A stretch of 64,000 nt of DNA from an uncultured candidate division Zixibacteria bacterium (GTDB taxonomy: Bacteria > Zixibacteria > MSB-5A5 > UBA10806 > 4484-95), in assembly GCA_963668625.2 (NCBI GenBank), contig CAXXKA010000006.1, forward strand, positions 96,001-160,000, given 5' to 3'. Positions 48,760 to 57,364 of the stretch are shown piece after piece; within the stretch, counting starts at the first letter, position 1, and every line of letters starts with the position of its first letter. The notes under the pieces are model-generated. The model was not told the DNA's origin and did no database searches. It was given only the letters and a program-made list of their open reading frames with translations. The position numbers and the translations under genes were made by a program.

Positions 48760-49647
48760 TTATAATAACTCTTGTTGTGGGTAAATGTATTTTCTTATTT
48801 TCTCACAGAATTCATAACCTTTTTTGTTTTTACTAGCAAATATCATATAATATAGTACTACATTTTTTTCCATCTTTACTGGGAAAACGTATTTATTCGT
48901 ATATTTATCCGGCGGTTTTTTGTAACCATTTTTATACAATTCATCCAGATACAAATTAATCAACTTTTCCCCCCAGAATCTTATATCACCGTTTTTGTAC
49001 TGTTTATTGATTATTTGCCATTTATCAGAATTAAAGAAACGGTTATATTTATCTAAAGTATGTGAAGATCCTCTCTTAAAGTCCATTCCAATGGGAAGAT
49101 TAATTAATAGATCTACTAATTTATTGCTTGTCAGCTTAATTATTGTTTTAAAATCAAGTTCACTCATATTACTAGGATCGAGCATACAAAAACTGAGTGA
49201 TTTTCTTGATAATTGTTTATTAATTTTTTCAGCAATGTCATTAGCATCTTCATTGTAAATTTGAATATTTTGAGTTGCATTTTTTGTTCGGTATTCTATT
49301 GCCCGGTAACAGTCATTATTAAGATCATTAAGAAATATATTGGAATAATTATATTTAAGAGCCATAAAAACTGGGCTTCTTTTTTCATCGCCGGTTTTAC
49401 GATCAAAATAATAACCAGGTCCACAATATAAATCTATATAATTGATTTCATTGAACCTATGTTTCATTCCTTTTGTTAAAATCCCGCTATAGTCATCTAC
49501 TATTTTTACTTTTTCCTCTGCCCAAAAAGAAGCGCATCTTGCTGGATGTTCATCTGAAGCGTTACTAATAGTACACAGATTGTTTTGGCGGTAGTGGTAT
49601 TTGTTTTTTTGACATTCGTTACAGTGTGGATTAATAAATCCTTCCAT
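48760..49647 (-). CDS. tcmP: Three-Cys-motif partner protein TcmP (methyltransferase-like fold)
   Basis: WAEEK, YIDLYCGPG, DAN, FCMLDP, DLLINLP, LYYMIFASKN; adjacent to DUF5131; visibly AT-rich. Confidence 0.8.
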   Translation of the reverse strand: MEGFINPHCNECQKNKYHYRQNNLCTISNASDEHPARCASFWAEEKVKIVDDYSGILTKGMKHRFNEINYIDLYCGPGYYFDRKTGDEKRSPVFMALKYNYSNIFLNDLNNDCYRAIEYRTKNATQNIQIYNEDANDIAEKINKQLSRKSLSFCMLDPSNMSELDFKTIIKLTSNKLVDLLINLPIGMDFKRGSSHTLDKYNRFFNSDKWQIINKQYKNGDIRFWGEKLINLYLDELYKNGYKKPPDKYTNKYVFPVKMEKNVVLYYMIFASKNKKGYEFCEKIRKYIYPQQELL

Positions 49648-49701
49648 AGATAACCCCTTTCATTTGATAGGATATAGTAGGAATAATCAATCTTAGACAA
49701 T

Positions 49702-49734
49702 AAAAAACTCCCAATTACCATAATTGGGAGTTTT
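49702..49734. terminator. Terminator hairpin
   Basis: AAAACTCCCAATTA-CCA-TAATTGGGAGTTTT. Confidence 0.8.
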
Positions 49735-49763
49735 CAAGCTCATATCAGCTTTTATGCAGAATC

Positions 49764-50582
49764 TTAGAATCCCCAGGTCAGGCGAGCGCCGAGATTAAAT
49801 GACTGGGCAGAGTTCTTGCCCATGACATTGTACAGGCCGGAAAGTTTCAAGCCAATCTGCGGATTGACCTGATACTCGGCGTACGGACCGACACGGAACC
49901 ACTGAGTGCCACTGTCGGAAACATCAAGATCATTCCAGGTGGCATCCTGGCCGAAACCGGTCTGCATCTCGATACCGGGCATGACCTGCGGGCTGACCCA
50001 ATAACCCCAATCGGCATTGGCCCAAACCTCGCTACCGGGTTTGTAATTGTAGTCGGAATTTTCCATGCGCAGGTTGTAATACACGGAGGCCTGTCCGCGC
50101 CACTGCTCGGTCTCTTTGGCGAAAGCTACGCCGGGACGAATATTGAGCTGGCCCGTGCCCAGACTTTTCTCGTCGTCGCCGGTCGGCAGATCGGCCCACA
50201 ACCAGGCGGAGAGATACATTCCCTCTTTATGATTGTCGATCAGCCAATAAGCAGCCGAAAGCTGAATGTCACCGATACCGGCCTCGGAATCAACGTTAGG
50301 CTGATTGTCGGAAACGAACGGCAGGAACGCGCTCACCATCCAACGATTTTCACCGAACATGCCGTAGTAGGACGGCCTGGCGGCGAAACCCATCTGGCTC
50401 CAGGACTCGCTGTAGTCATAGGAGTCACCATCCGAGTTATAGGCTTTGCTGGCGGTCGAAAAACCGGGGTAAGCCTGAAGATAGAAACCGGGAGAATAAG
50501 GCACGTTGTCGAAATCGGCAAATTCACCGAACGCGCTGGCGGTCAGCATCAAGCCGACCATAACTGTTAATACGATTCTCAT
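49764..50582 (-). CDS. Outer-membrane beta-barrel (MetA-pathway/phenol-degradation transporter-like)
   Basis: Signal peptide, GIGDI, LPTG...LGTG, amphipathic strands, terminal WGF. Confidence 0.75.
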   Translation of the reverse strand: MRIVLTVMVGLMLTASAFGEFADFDNVPYSPGFYLQAYPGFSTASKAYNSDGDSYDYSESWSQMGFAARPSYYGMFGENRWMVSAFLPFVSDNQPNVDSEAGIGDIQLSAAYWLIDNHKEGMYLSAWLWADLPTGDDEKSLGTGQLNIRPGVAFAKETEQWRGQASVYYNLRMENSDYNYKPGSEVWANADWGYWVSPQVMPGIEMQTGFGQDATWNDLDVSDSGTQWFRVGPYAEYQVNPQIGLKLSGLYNVMGKNSAQSFNLGARLTWGF

Positions 50583-51041
50583 TTTTTCCCTCCATCAATG
50601 ATTAGGTTTATATCAAGTTCAATTAATTGCTTTGGTTAAAAATTTCTCTTACCTCGTATGCTCCGGTTCACCTCCTTGTATATATTTAGGGTAATGTATA
50701 TTTAACGCTATCTGGAATCTATTATCGATTGTTTGCCAACTATGTTTAGCCGGAATTTTCATTTTTAGTATATTTTTATGATTTTTTTGGGGGCCTATCT
50801 CATATTATTGGAATGAGTTATGTGGTGTTGGAATGACATATATCATAAAAAAAACAACCCGATAATGCTGTTCGGTATCATTTAACCCGGCTAAACGGAG
50901 CTTCTGTTCGGCTATATTAAGCTGCCGGGCGATTGATATAATTTGTTGATTATAGGTAAACTCTATGATATGATTTTAGCCGGAGTTGCGGATTAGCAAC
51001 GTTTAATTATGCAACGGTTTTAGAGAAAGTGATGGTATTAT

Positions 51042-52367
51042 ATGAGCAATGATATCAGTTCCTTATGGAAAAGTGAGGATTGGTGGGCAGTCTGGATTGG
51101 CTTTATTATCTTCGCGGGCTCTTTTTTAAGTTGGGTGCCCAAAATCCCCAAAGTTGGTGGTTGGTCGGATTCGCCGCTTGATGCTTTCATGATTATCAAG
51201 GACGGTGTGGTCAGCGGCAGCCTTATAGTTCCTTTACTGCTGCTGATGGCCGGCATCGGTATATTAACCGCTATTGCCGTTGCTTTCATGAAAACCGAAA
51301 ACGTAGGCCAATACCTGATCGGTTTTGTTGTTGTATTTATCCTGGCCTGCCTCTCTTATTGGATTGCTCATCAAACTAATATAAAATACTGGGGACTAAG
51401 CTACGCCATGTGGGCGCTGATAGTAGGCCTGTTGATATCGAATACTATCGGAACGCCATCATGGCTAAAAGCGGCGGCGAAAACCGAGCTGTTCATTAAA
51501 ATCGGTCTGGTGCTTTTAGGCGCGGAGATTTTGTTCAAGAAGATACTATCGCTCGGGCCTCCTGGTTTGATGGTTGCCTGGATAGTCACCCCGGTTGTAG
51601 TAATTTTCATGTACAAGTTCGGCAGGGATTTTCTGAAAATGAAAAACCTTCACCTGGTGATAATTATTGCGGCCGCCACCTCGGTTTGCGGTGTCTCGGC
51701 GGCCATTGCTACCGCTGCCGCCTGCTGCGCCAAGAAAGAGGATTTGACCCTGGCTGTCGGTATGACACTCATATTCACCGTGCTGATGATGTTTTTCATG
51801 CCGCTGGGGATAAAAGCGATGGGTATGGATCCCATACTCGGCGCCGCCTGGATGGGGGGGACTATCGATTCCACCGGGGCAGTCGTTGCGGCAGGCTCCA
51901 TGCTGGGCGCGGATGCCGAGAAAGTTGCTGCTGTAGTCAAGATGATCCAGAACGTGCTTATCGGTTTGGTGGCTTTCGTGGTGGCAATTTATTGGGTGAC
52001 AGTAGTCGAGCGCGATCCCGAATGCAAGCCCAATGTCATGGAGATCTGGTATCGTTTCCCGAAATTCGTCATCGGGTTCGTAGCGGCCTCGATATTGTTC
52101 TCGTTCGTACTGGTACCTATGCACGGCGGTGATTTTACCATCGTAGAGGCGAAATATATCAAACCCATAACCAAAACTCTTCGGGGATGGTTTTTCTGCC
52201 TGGCGTTCGTAGCTATAGGTCTCGAATCCAATTTTAAAGACCTGGTGAGCCGTATGGAGCGGGGTAAACCGATGCTGCTGTACGTGGTTGGTCAATCGTT
52301 TAATTTGATTTTAACGCTGGCTGTTGCTTTCCTGGCTTTCATGGTGTTGTTTAAAGATTCAATCTAG
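51042..52367 (+). CDS. YeiH/UPF0324 putative sulfate exporter family transporter
   Basis: EDWWAVW, IKIGLVLLG, SVCGVSAAIA, GGTIDSTGAV, VKMIQN, FPKFV. Confidence 0.88.
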   Translation: MSNDISSLWKSEDWWAVWIGFIIFAGSFLSWVPKIPKVGGWSDSPLDAFMIIKDGVVSGSLIVPLLLLMAGIGILTAIAVAFMKTENVGQYLIGFVVVFILACLSYWIAHQTNIKYWGLSYAMWALIVGLLISNTIGTPSWLKAAAKTELFIKIGLVLLGAEILFKKILSLGPPGLMVAWIVTPVVVIFMYKFGRDFLKMKNLHLVIIIAAATSVCGVSAAIATAAACCAKKEDLTLAVGMTLIFTVLMMFFMPLGIKAMGMDPILGAAWMGGTIDSTGAVVAAGSMLGADAEKVAAVVKMIQNVLIGLVAFVVAIYWVTVVERDPECKPNVMEIWYRFPKFVIGFVAASILFSFVLVPMHGGDFTIVEAKYIKPITKTLRGWFFCLAFVAIGLESNFKDLVSRMERGKPMLLYVVGQSFNLILTLAVAFLAFMVLFKDSI

Positions 52368-52378
52368 ATGAGGAGACG

Positions 52379-52621
52379 ATGCAGGAACGATTGAAAGACT
52401 GGTTGAAATTTCTCGGTGGACTTATTGCCCTGGCGTTGATCGTAGCATTTTTCAGCTCGGGATACTCGCCTCCGGGGATTTGCGGCGAGGTGCTCCGCCA
52501 TAACCAGCAAAATAACATAGATGCTTCACCGCTCCTTTATTCGGAGGTAGAGCATATGAGTGAATTGGAAAAAGGCGTGAAAGAGCTGAGGGAAAAAGCC
52601 GCCGCAGCGAAAATCCCTTAG
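52379..52621 (+). CDS. Small membrane-anchored hypothetical protein
   Basis: GAGGAG RBS, one TM helix, IDASPLLYSE motif; follows the transporter gene. Confidence 0.65.
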   Translation: MQERLKDWLKFLGGLIALALIVAFFSSGYSPPGICGEVLRHNQQNNIDASPLLYSEVEHMSELEKGVKELREKAAAAKIP

Positions 52622-52935
52622 TTGAATTTGATAATCTTTTTCTCGAAATTTACCACTTTTGGCGGTTTCTTACCTTTGCCGGGCGCTAATACATGACCCT
52701 CGAGTTCGAGCCTTTTAGCCTGGTAATCTATTCCCCCAGGATATTTATCGTTCAAGCTGCCATCTGTTTTAAGCGTGCGCCAGAAAGGTGTCGCCCGCAC
52801 TTTGCCTTTGGGAACTATCTTTAATAAAGTGACAAGATCAACAGGGCGGGGGTAAGTATTCTACCTTTTGAGGTATCTGCGTATTTAACCTCTTTCTCCT
52901 TTGAATCTTTATGCGCCAGGGTGTTTTAATTTTAT
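52618..52935 (-). pseudogene. Degraded MGMT/alkyltransferase-like gene
   Basis: Fragments in three frames, KTPWRIK / KGRILT / PRPVDL...VPKGKV, joined directly to TPFWRTLK.DGSLNDKYPGG...RLELEGH; the central part appears missing. Confidence 0.6.
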
Positions 52936-52979
52936 GTCTGTTTTCCGGAGGTGGAATCATCTCTTTCTTTGAACCCACT

Positions 52980-53519
52980 TTACTCGAACTTCTCGTAGCT
53001 GGTTATACCTTCAGCAAAAGCTTTGTACCCCGTTTCATCGAACAAAACGAAAACAACCGATTGTAGTTTCTTCGAATTCCGTAAAAACGCGTAAACTTGT
53101 TCAATCATCACGCCGGCACATTTCTCGATAGGAAATCCACCTACGCCAGTTCCCAGCGCGGGGAAACTAATCGATTCGATTTTATTTTTCTCCGCCAATT
53201 CGAGCGTTGCGATTGTAGTTGTTCTAATCAGCTCTTCGCTCGTAATGAGGTCCTGTCCCATTGCCGCGGCGTGTATTACGTATTTAGCTTTAAGCTCACC
53301 GGCATGAGTGATCACCGCTTCGCCGGCATTGATCGGCCCCTGCTTGATAGCCGCCTCCTCGATAGAAGCACCGCCTTTTCGTTTGATCGCTCCGGCAACT
53401 CCGGCGCCCATCCAGAGATGGTTGTTGGCGGCGTTAACTATCGCCCCGGTACCGGCCTCGGTGATATCGCCTTGACGGATGATAATCGTTTTGCCGTCAA
53501 ACTCTAATTTCGCCTCCAT
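52980..53519 (-). CDS. Macro domain ADP-ribose-binding/hydrolase protein
   Basis: GDIT, AIVNAAN...GAGVAGAI, VIHA, FPALGTGVGGF. Confidence 0.93.
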   Translation of the reverse strand: MEAKLEFDGKTIIIRQGDITEAGTGAIVNAANNHLWMGAGVAGAIKRKGGASIEEAAIKQGPINAGEAVITHAGELKAKYVIHAAAMGQDLITSEELIRTTTIATLELAEKNKIESISFPALGTGVGGFPIEKCAGVMIEQVYAFLRNSKKLQSVVFVLFDETGYKAFAEGITSYEKFE

Positions 53520-54100
53520 GTGAAAGCTCCTTTAAAGTGATTATCGAGCATCCTGAAAAACCTGTTGCTCTTTAATTTCAATACTATTACGGAAAGTAAA
53601 TAGATAATGATAGCCGCCAGAACCACCCCGACTATCGCCCCCGCTAAAACATCCGCCGGGTAGTGACGGCCCAGGTATATTCGCGATATACCTATAAGAG
53701 CGGCAATCGTGGCAAATAACCAGATGTATTTTCTGACGAAGAAAGATAACGCGGTCATGGCGGCGAAAATGTTTACCGCATGGTTGGAGGGAAAACCGAA
53801 TTTGCCACCGCAGCCCACTAAGAGCCTGATATCACCCAGGGTATGGCATGGTCGAGGACGACCGAAAAAGGGCTTGAGCAGGTAATGGGTGAGCGGATCG
53901 AGCAAGGCGACGCAAACGGCAGCCACGACAAGAGCGATACGTACTTTCGCCGAACCACGCCAGACGATAGCAGCCGCTACAATAAGCATTAACGCGAGAA
54001 ATATTTTAGATTCGGCCACGGTTACGAAAAACGTATCGAGCACCGGATTGGCCAGATCGCGATTAAAGAAATACAAAATCGCTTTGTCTATCGCCTCCAT
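53504..54100 (-). CDS. PAP2 family membrane phosphatase
   Basis: K....RPRP, FPSNH, SRIYLGRHYP.DV. Confidence 0.92.
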   Translation of the reverse strand: MEAIDKAILYFFNRDLANPVLDTFFVTVAESKIFLALMLIVAAAIVWRGSAKVRIALVVAAVCVALLDPLTHYLLKPFFGRPRPCHTLGDIRLLVGCGGKFGFPSNHAVNIFAAMTALSFFVRKYIWLFATIAALIGISRIYLGRHYPADVLAGAIVGVVLAAIIIYLLSVIVLKLKSNRFFRMLDNHFKGAFTWRRN

Positions 54101-54166
54101 AAAAAAATCCTCCTCGTAAGAGGAGGATAATGATTGATGATCTAAAACTCAACAAGTTTCGGAACG

Positions 54167-56254
54167 TTATTTGATCATTATACATTTCCGCGTCTGGCTG
54201 AAATCACCGGCCTGGATTTTATAAAGATAAATACCGGATGGTTTATCCGAGGCGTGCCAGGTCACGTTGTGCCGTCCCGCCTGATGGTAGCTATCGACCA
54301 GCGTTTCGACTTTCCTGCCGAGTATATCGTAGATATCGATACGAACATCCGTAGCGGAGGGTATATCATAGGAGATATTCGTAGAGGCGTTAAACGGATT
54401 GGGGTAATTCCCTGCCAGGTGGTATGATGATGGAACGATCGGCTCGGTATCATCGATACCCGTCGGGCTGAACCGGCAGGTTATGAGCGAGTTGCGATCG
54501 GAAATATAAACATACTCTCCATCAACAGCGACATCGGTAGCCCAGCCGGGAGTGTTGTACCTGGCAACCGAGTAAATATTCGGCAGATCGCTTATATCGC
54601 AAATCCAGATATCATTTTCCGCCAGGTAAGCGTAGTGACCATCAGTCCACATATTTTGTGCCTGTCCTTGCGCTCCCCAGGCAACCACCTGGGATGGGTT
54701 ATACGGATCGCCGACATCGATAATATGATAACTCAGGCAGGTAACCAGGTATGCCCGGCTATCGACGATATCTACGCTTTTACAATAGTGGGGCACGTAG
54801 AATTCACTGATATATTCCGGTTCGAGCGAGTTAGATATATCAAGGATTAACAATCCCAGGTAATCATCACTGATATAAAGGTAATCTCCATTTTTAGTCA
54901 TGCTGGTTGGCTGAGTTGCTGAGATATCATATTCGGCAACCAGGGAGGGGAATTCGAGATAGTCCAAATCGATTATTTGCATATCAGCCTGGTATAACAG
55001 CAGATATGCCAGGTTGTCTTTAACCGCGATTCCCCTGATCGAAGAGGGGGCGGTGTAGGTACCGACAATATCCGGCGTGAACGGATTGGTGATTTCGATT
55101 ATATAAAGCGTATTGTCACCCGCCGCAACGAATGCATGAGTATCGGTGATATAATAATCCGTTACCCATTCGGGTAGTATCAACCTGCCCAGCACCTCAG
55201 GCAGGGATGGATTCGAGTTGTCGACTATATGAAAACCACCCGCGTAAAGAAGGCCATCATGTTTTTCCGAGGTGAATATCCGCCTGGAGGTGGTGTAGTG
55301 GTTAACCAACTCGGGCGTATCCTGAGTCGAGATATCGTATGAGTATATCCCCCTGTTGCTGAATGCAGCATACAGCATCCCATTGCCGTAAGCCAGTGTG
55401 GTACCCAAGCCGGAGACGGCTATGCGATTGACGACGACAGGCGCGGACGGATCGGAGATATCGACAACAATCAGGTCGTCATCCCAGGTTAAAATATAGG
55501 CGTAATCGTTTCGTATATGAATATCAATATATCCCTCATTGAGCTGGCTTAAAAGCTGCGGAGTGTATGGATCGGTAATATCAAAAATCAGCAGCCCCGA
55601 TCCCCAATTGTTGAAAGCGTACAATATATCGCCATCGATAAAGGCTTTATTACAGCCTGCCGGGATCGGTATGGTAGTAATCAGCTCGGGCAGTTCCGGG
55701 TTCGCGATATCGTACACTATTACGCCGTCGATATCCGAGGATATATAAAGCATATTATTGTATCCGGTGATATCCATAACCAATGAGTATGACTGGTAAT
55801 AGACCTGTTCAAGATGTTCAGGGTCGGAGAAGTCGATCGCGTAAATACCTTTGTCGTTATCGGCGAGGAATGCGTAATCGCCGGTAATTTCCAGATCGAT
55901 AATCTCGCCACCGGTATGGAATGTCGAGATCAGTTGCGGAGATTCGATATCGCTAATATCGATCACCTGCAGACCGGCGGTGCCGCTTGCCAATAATGCG
56001 AGATCGCTTTCGATTGCTACGGCGAAAGTCTCACCCTCGGTATACAATCTCGAAATCTCCACCGGATACTCGGCATCGGTGTAATCGAGGATCACTAGGC
56101 CGTTCACGAAACCGCAGTAGGCGTAGTTGTCGACGATTTCAATGTCATTGACACCGTTCCATAATGTGCTGTTTACATATTCCATTTGCTGAGCTGAAAC
56201 TGGAAAGGCACAAATGAAAATAACAAACACTACGATAAGTTTTGTTTTAAGCAT
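54167..56254 (-). CDS. Secreted LVIVD-repeat beta-propeller protein with T9SS-like C-terminal domain
   Basis: Repeated GL.(V/I)(I/F)DISD...P units; NYPNPFN...IYDILGRKV...SGIYLY...K C-terminus. Confidence 0.88.
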   Translation of the reverse strand: MLKTKLIVVFVIFICAFPVSAQQMEYVNSTLWNGVNDIEIVDNYAYCGFVNGLVILDYTDAEYPVEISRLYTEGETFAVAIESDLALLASGTAGLQVIDISDIESPQLISTFHTGGEIIDLEITGDYAFLADNDKGIYAIDFSDPEHLEQVYYQSYSLVMDITGYNNMLYISSDIDGVIVYDIANPELPELITTIPIPAGCNKAFIDGDILYAFNNWGSGLLIFDITDPYTPQLLSQLNEGYIDIHIRNDYAYILTWDDDLIVVDISDPSAPVVVNRIAVSGLGTTLAYGNGMLYAAFSNRGIYSYDISTQDTPELVNHYTTSRRIFTSEKHDGLLYAGGFHIVDNSNPSLPEVLGRLILPEWVTDYYITDTHAFVAAGDNTLYIIEITNPFTPDIVGTYTAPSSIRGIAVKDNLAYLLLYQADMQIIDLDYLEFPSLVAEYDISATQPTSMTKNGDYLYISDDYLGLLILDISNSLEPEYISEFYVPHYCKSVDIVDSRAYLVTCLSYHIIDVGDPYNPSQVVAWGAQGQAQNMWTDGHYAYLAENDIWICDISDLPNIYSVARYNTPGWATDVAVDGEYVYISDRNSLITCRFSPTGIDDTEPIVPSSYHLAGNYPNPFNASTNISYDIPSATDVRIDIYDILGRKVETLVDSYHQAGRHNVTWHASDKPSGIYLYKIQAGDFSQTRKCIMIK

Positions 56255-56387
56255 AATTCCTCCCGGTACATAATAAGTTATATAAAAATTTATTCAGAAC
56301 TGTCTAGATCATAGATAAATGAATATTTATTGTCAAGGAGAATATGATTTTCTGGATAAAGCCTCTGTTTTATTGTATTAATACTTT

Positions 56388-57134
56388 ATGGCATTGATGT
56401 TCGAGAAATACGCCGCCGACTATGCCGAGTATCGTCCGGCGTACCCCGAGGATATGATCGAGTCATTAGTGAAACGTTTTCATATAAGCGATAGAACCAG
56501 AATACTCGATTTGGCTTGCGGAACGGGAAAATTCGGGGAGTCGTTGACAAAGCAGGTAAAACCCGTAATAACGGGCGTAGATAAGTCGCTGGTGCTTCTT
56601 GGCTACAATCAATACTCGGATAAGCTGAATTGTGTCTCGGAGTCACTGCCTTTTGCTGATTCCGCTTTCGATATCGTTACCATCGGGCAAGCGTTTCACT
56701 GGTTCGATTTCGAGCTGGCGTTTGCTGAAATCTCTCGTGTTTTAAAGCCAGGCGGTGGTTTGATCATTGCCTGGTACAGGCGAGCACGGGCATCAGGCGG
56801 CTACCGGAAGAAAATGGATGAGTTGGTAAAAAGCCTGAATCCGGGTTACGAACCCGAGTTTATGGATTATGATTGGCAATCCATAATAGCAAAGCAAGGC
56901 CGATTCGAGGATATTGATTATTTTAAAACTAAAGTTGTTTTGAAATTAACCGTTGATGATTATATCAAACTTCAGCGATCCAAATCGTATGTAGGTGACT
57001 CCATGTCAGGAAAAGATATCGATATCTGGACTGAAAAAGCGCTGGAGATTGTACATGATGAATTTCCTGATGGGATTGTTAGCGAGGATTTACAATATTT
57101 CTATGTTTCAGCATCTCGGATTAAAGATCAATAA
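56388..57134 (+). CDS. Class I SAM-dependent methyltransferase
   Basis: Y...RPAYP, LDLACGTG, QAFHWFD, RVLKPGG. Confidence 0.9.
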   Translation: MALMFEKYAADYAEYRPAYPEDMIESLVKRFHISDRTRILDLACGTGKFGESLTKQVKPVITGVDKSLVLLGYNQYSDKLNCVSESLPFADSAFDIVTIGQAFHWFDFELAFAEISRVLKPGGGLIIAWYRRARASGGYRKKMDELVKSLNPGYEPEFMDYDWQSIIAKQGRFEDIDYFKTKVVLKLTVDDYIKLQRSKSYVGDSMSGKDIDIWTEKALEIVHDEFPDGIVSEDLQYFYVSASRIKDQ

Positions 57135-57288
57135 CGGGAACATTCTAGTATCATTTTCATCTTATTATATATTTGTAAAGACTGTTGTACCCGTGTGTCC
57201 TTTTGAAACAAATAGATACGATTATGTCAATAATAATTAGAAAAGTGTTAAAACATGAACCTGAAGAGTACATAGGTCTTTAATCCGC

Positions 57289-57317
57289 TTGCCTTTAACC
57301 GATAAAGGTAGTATAGT
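57289..57317 (+). promoter_or_regulatory. Sigma70-like promoter of ppdK
   Basis: TTGCCT-17 nt-TATAGT. Confidence 0.5.
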
Positions 57318-57364
57318 ATAAGCTAATTTTTTTGAATAATTGAATTCTACATAAAGGAGTGGAG

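Noticed and set aside
51546-52295. 249-aa antisense ORF, and similar shadow ORFs within mfd, uvrA and ppdK
   Set aside because: They lie opposite or within well-supported genes and are explained by codon bias.
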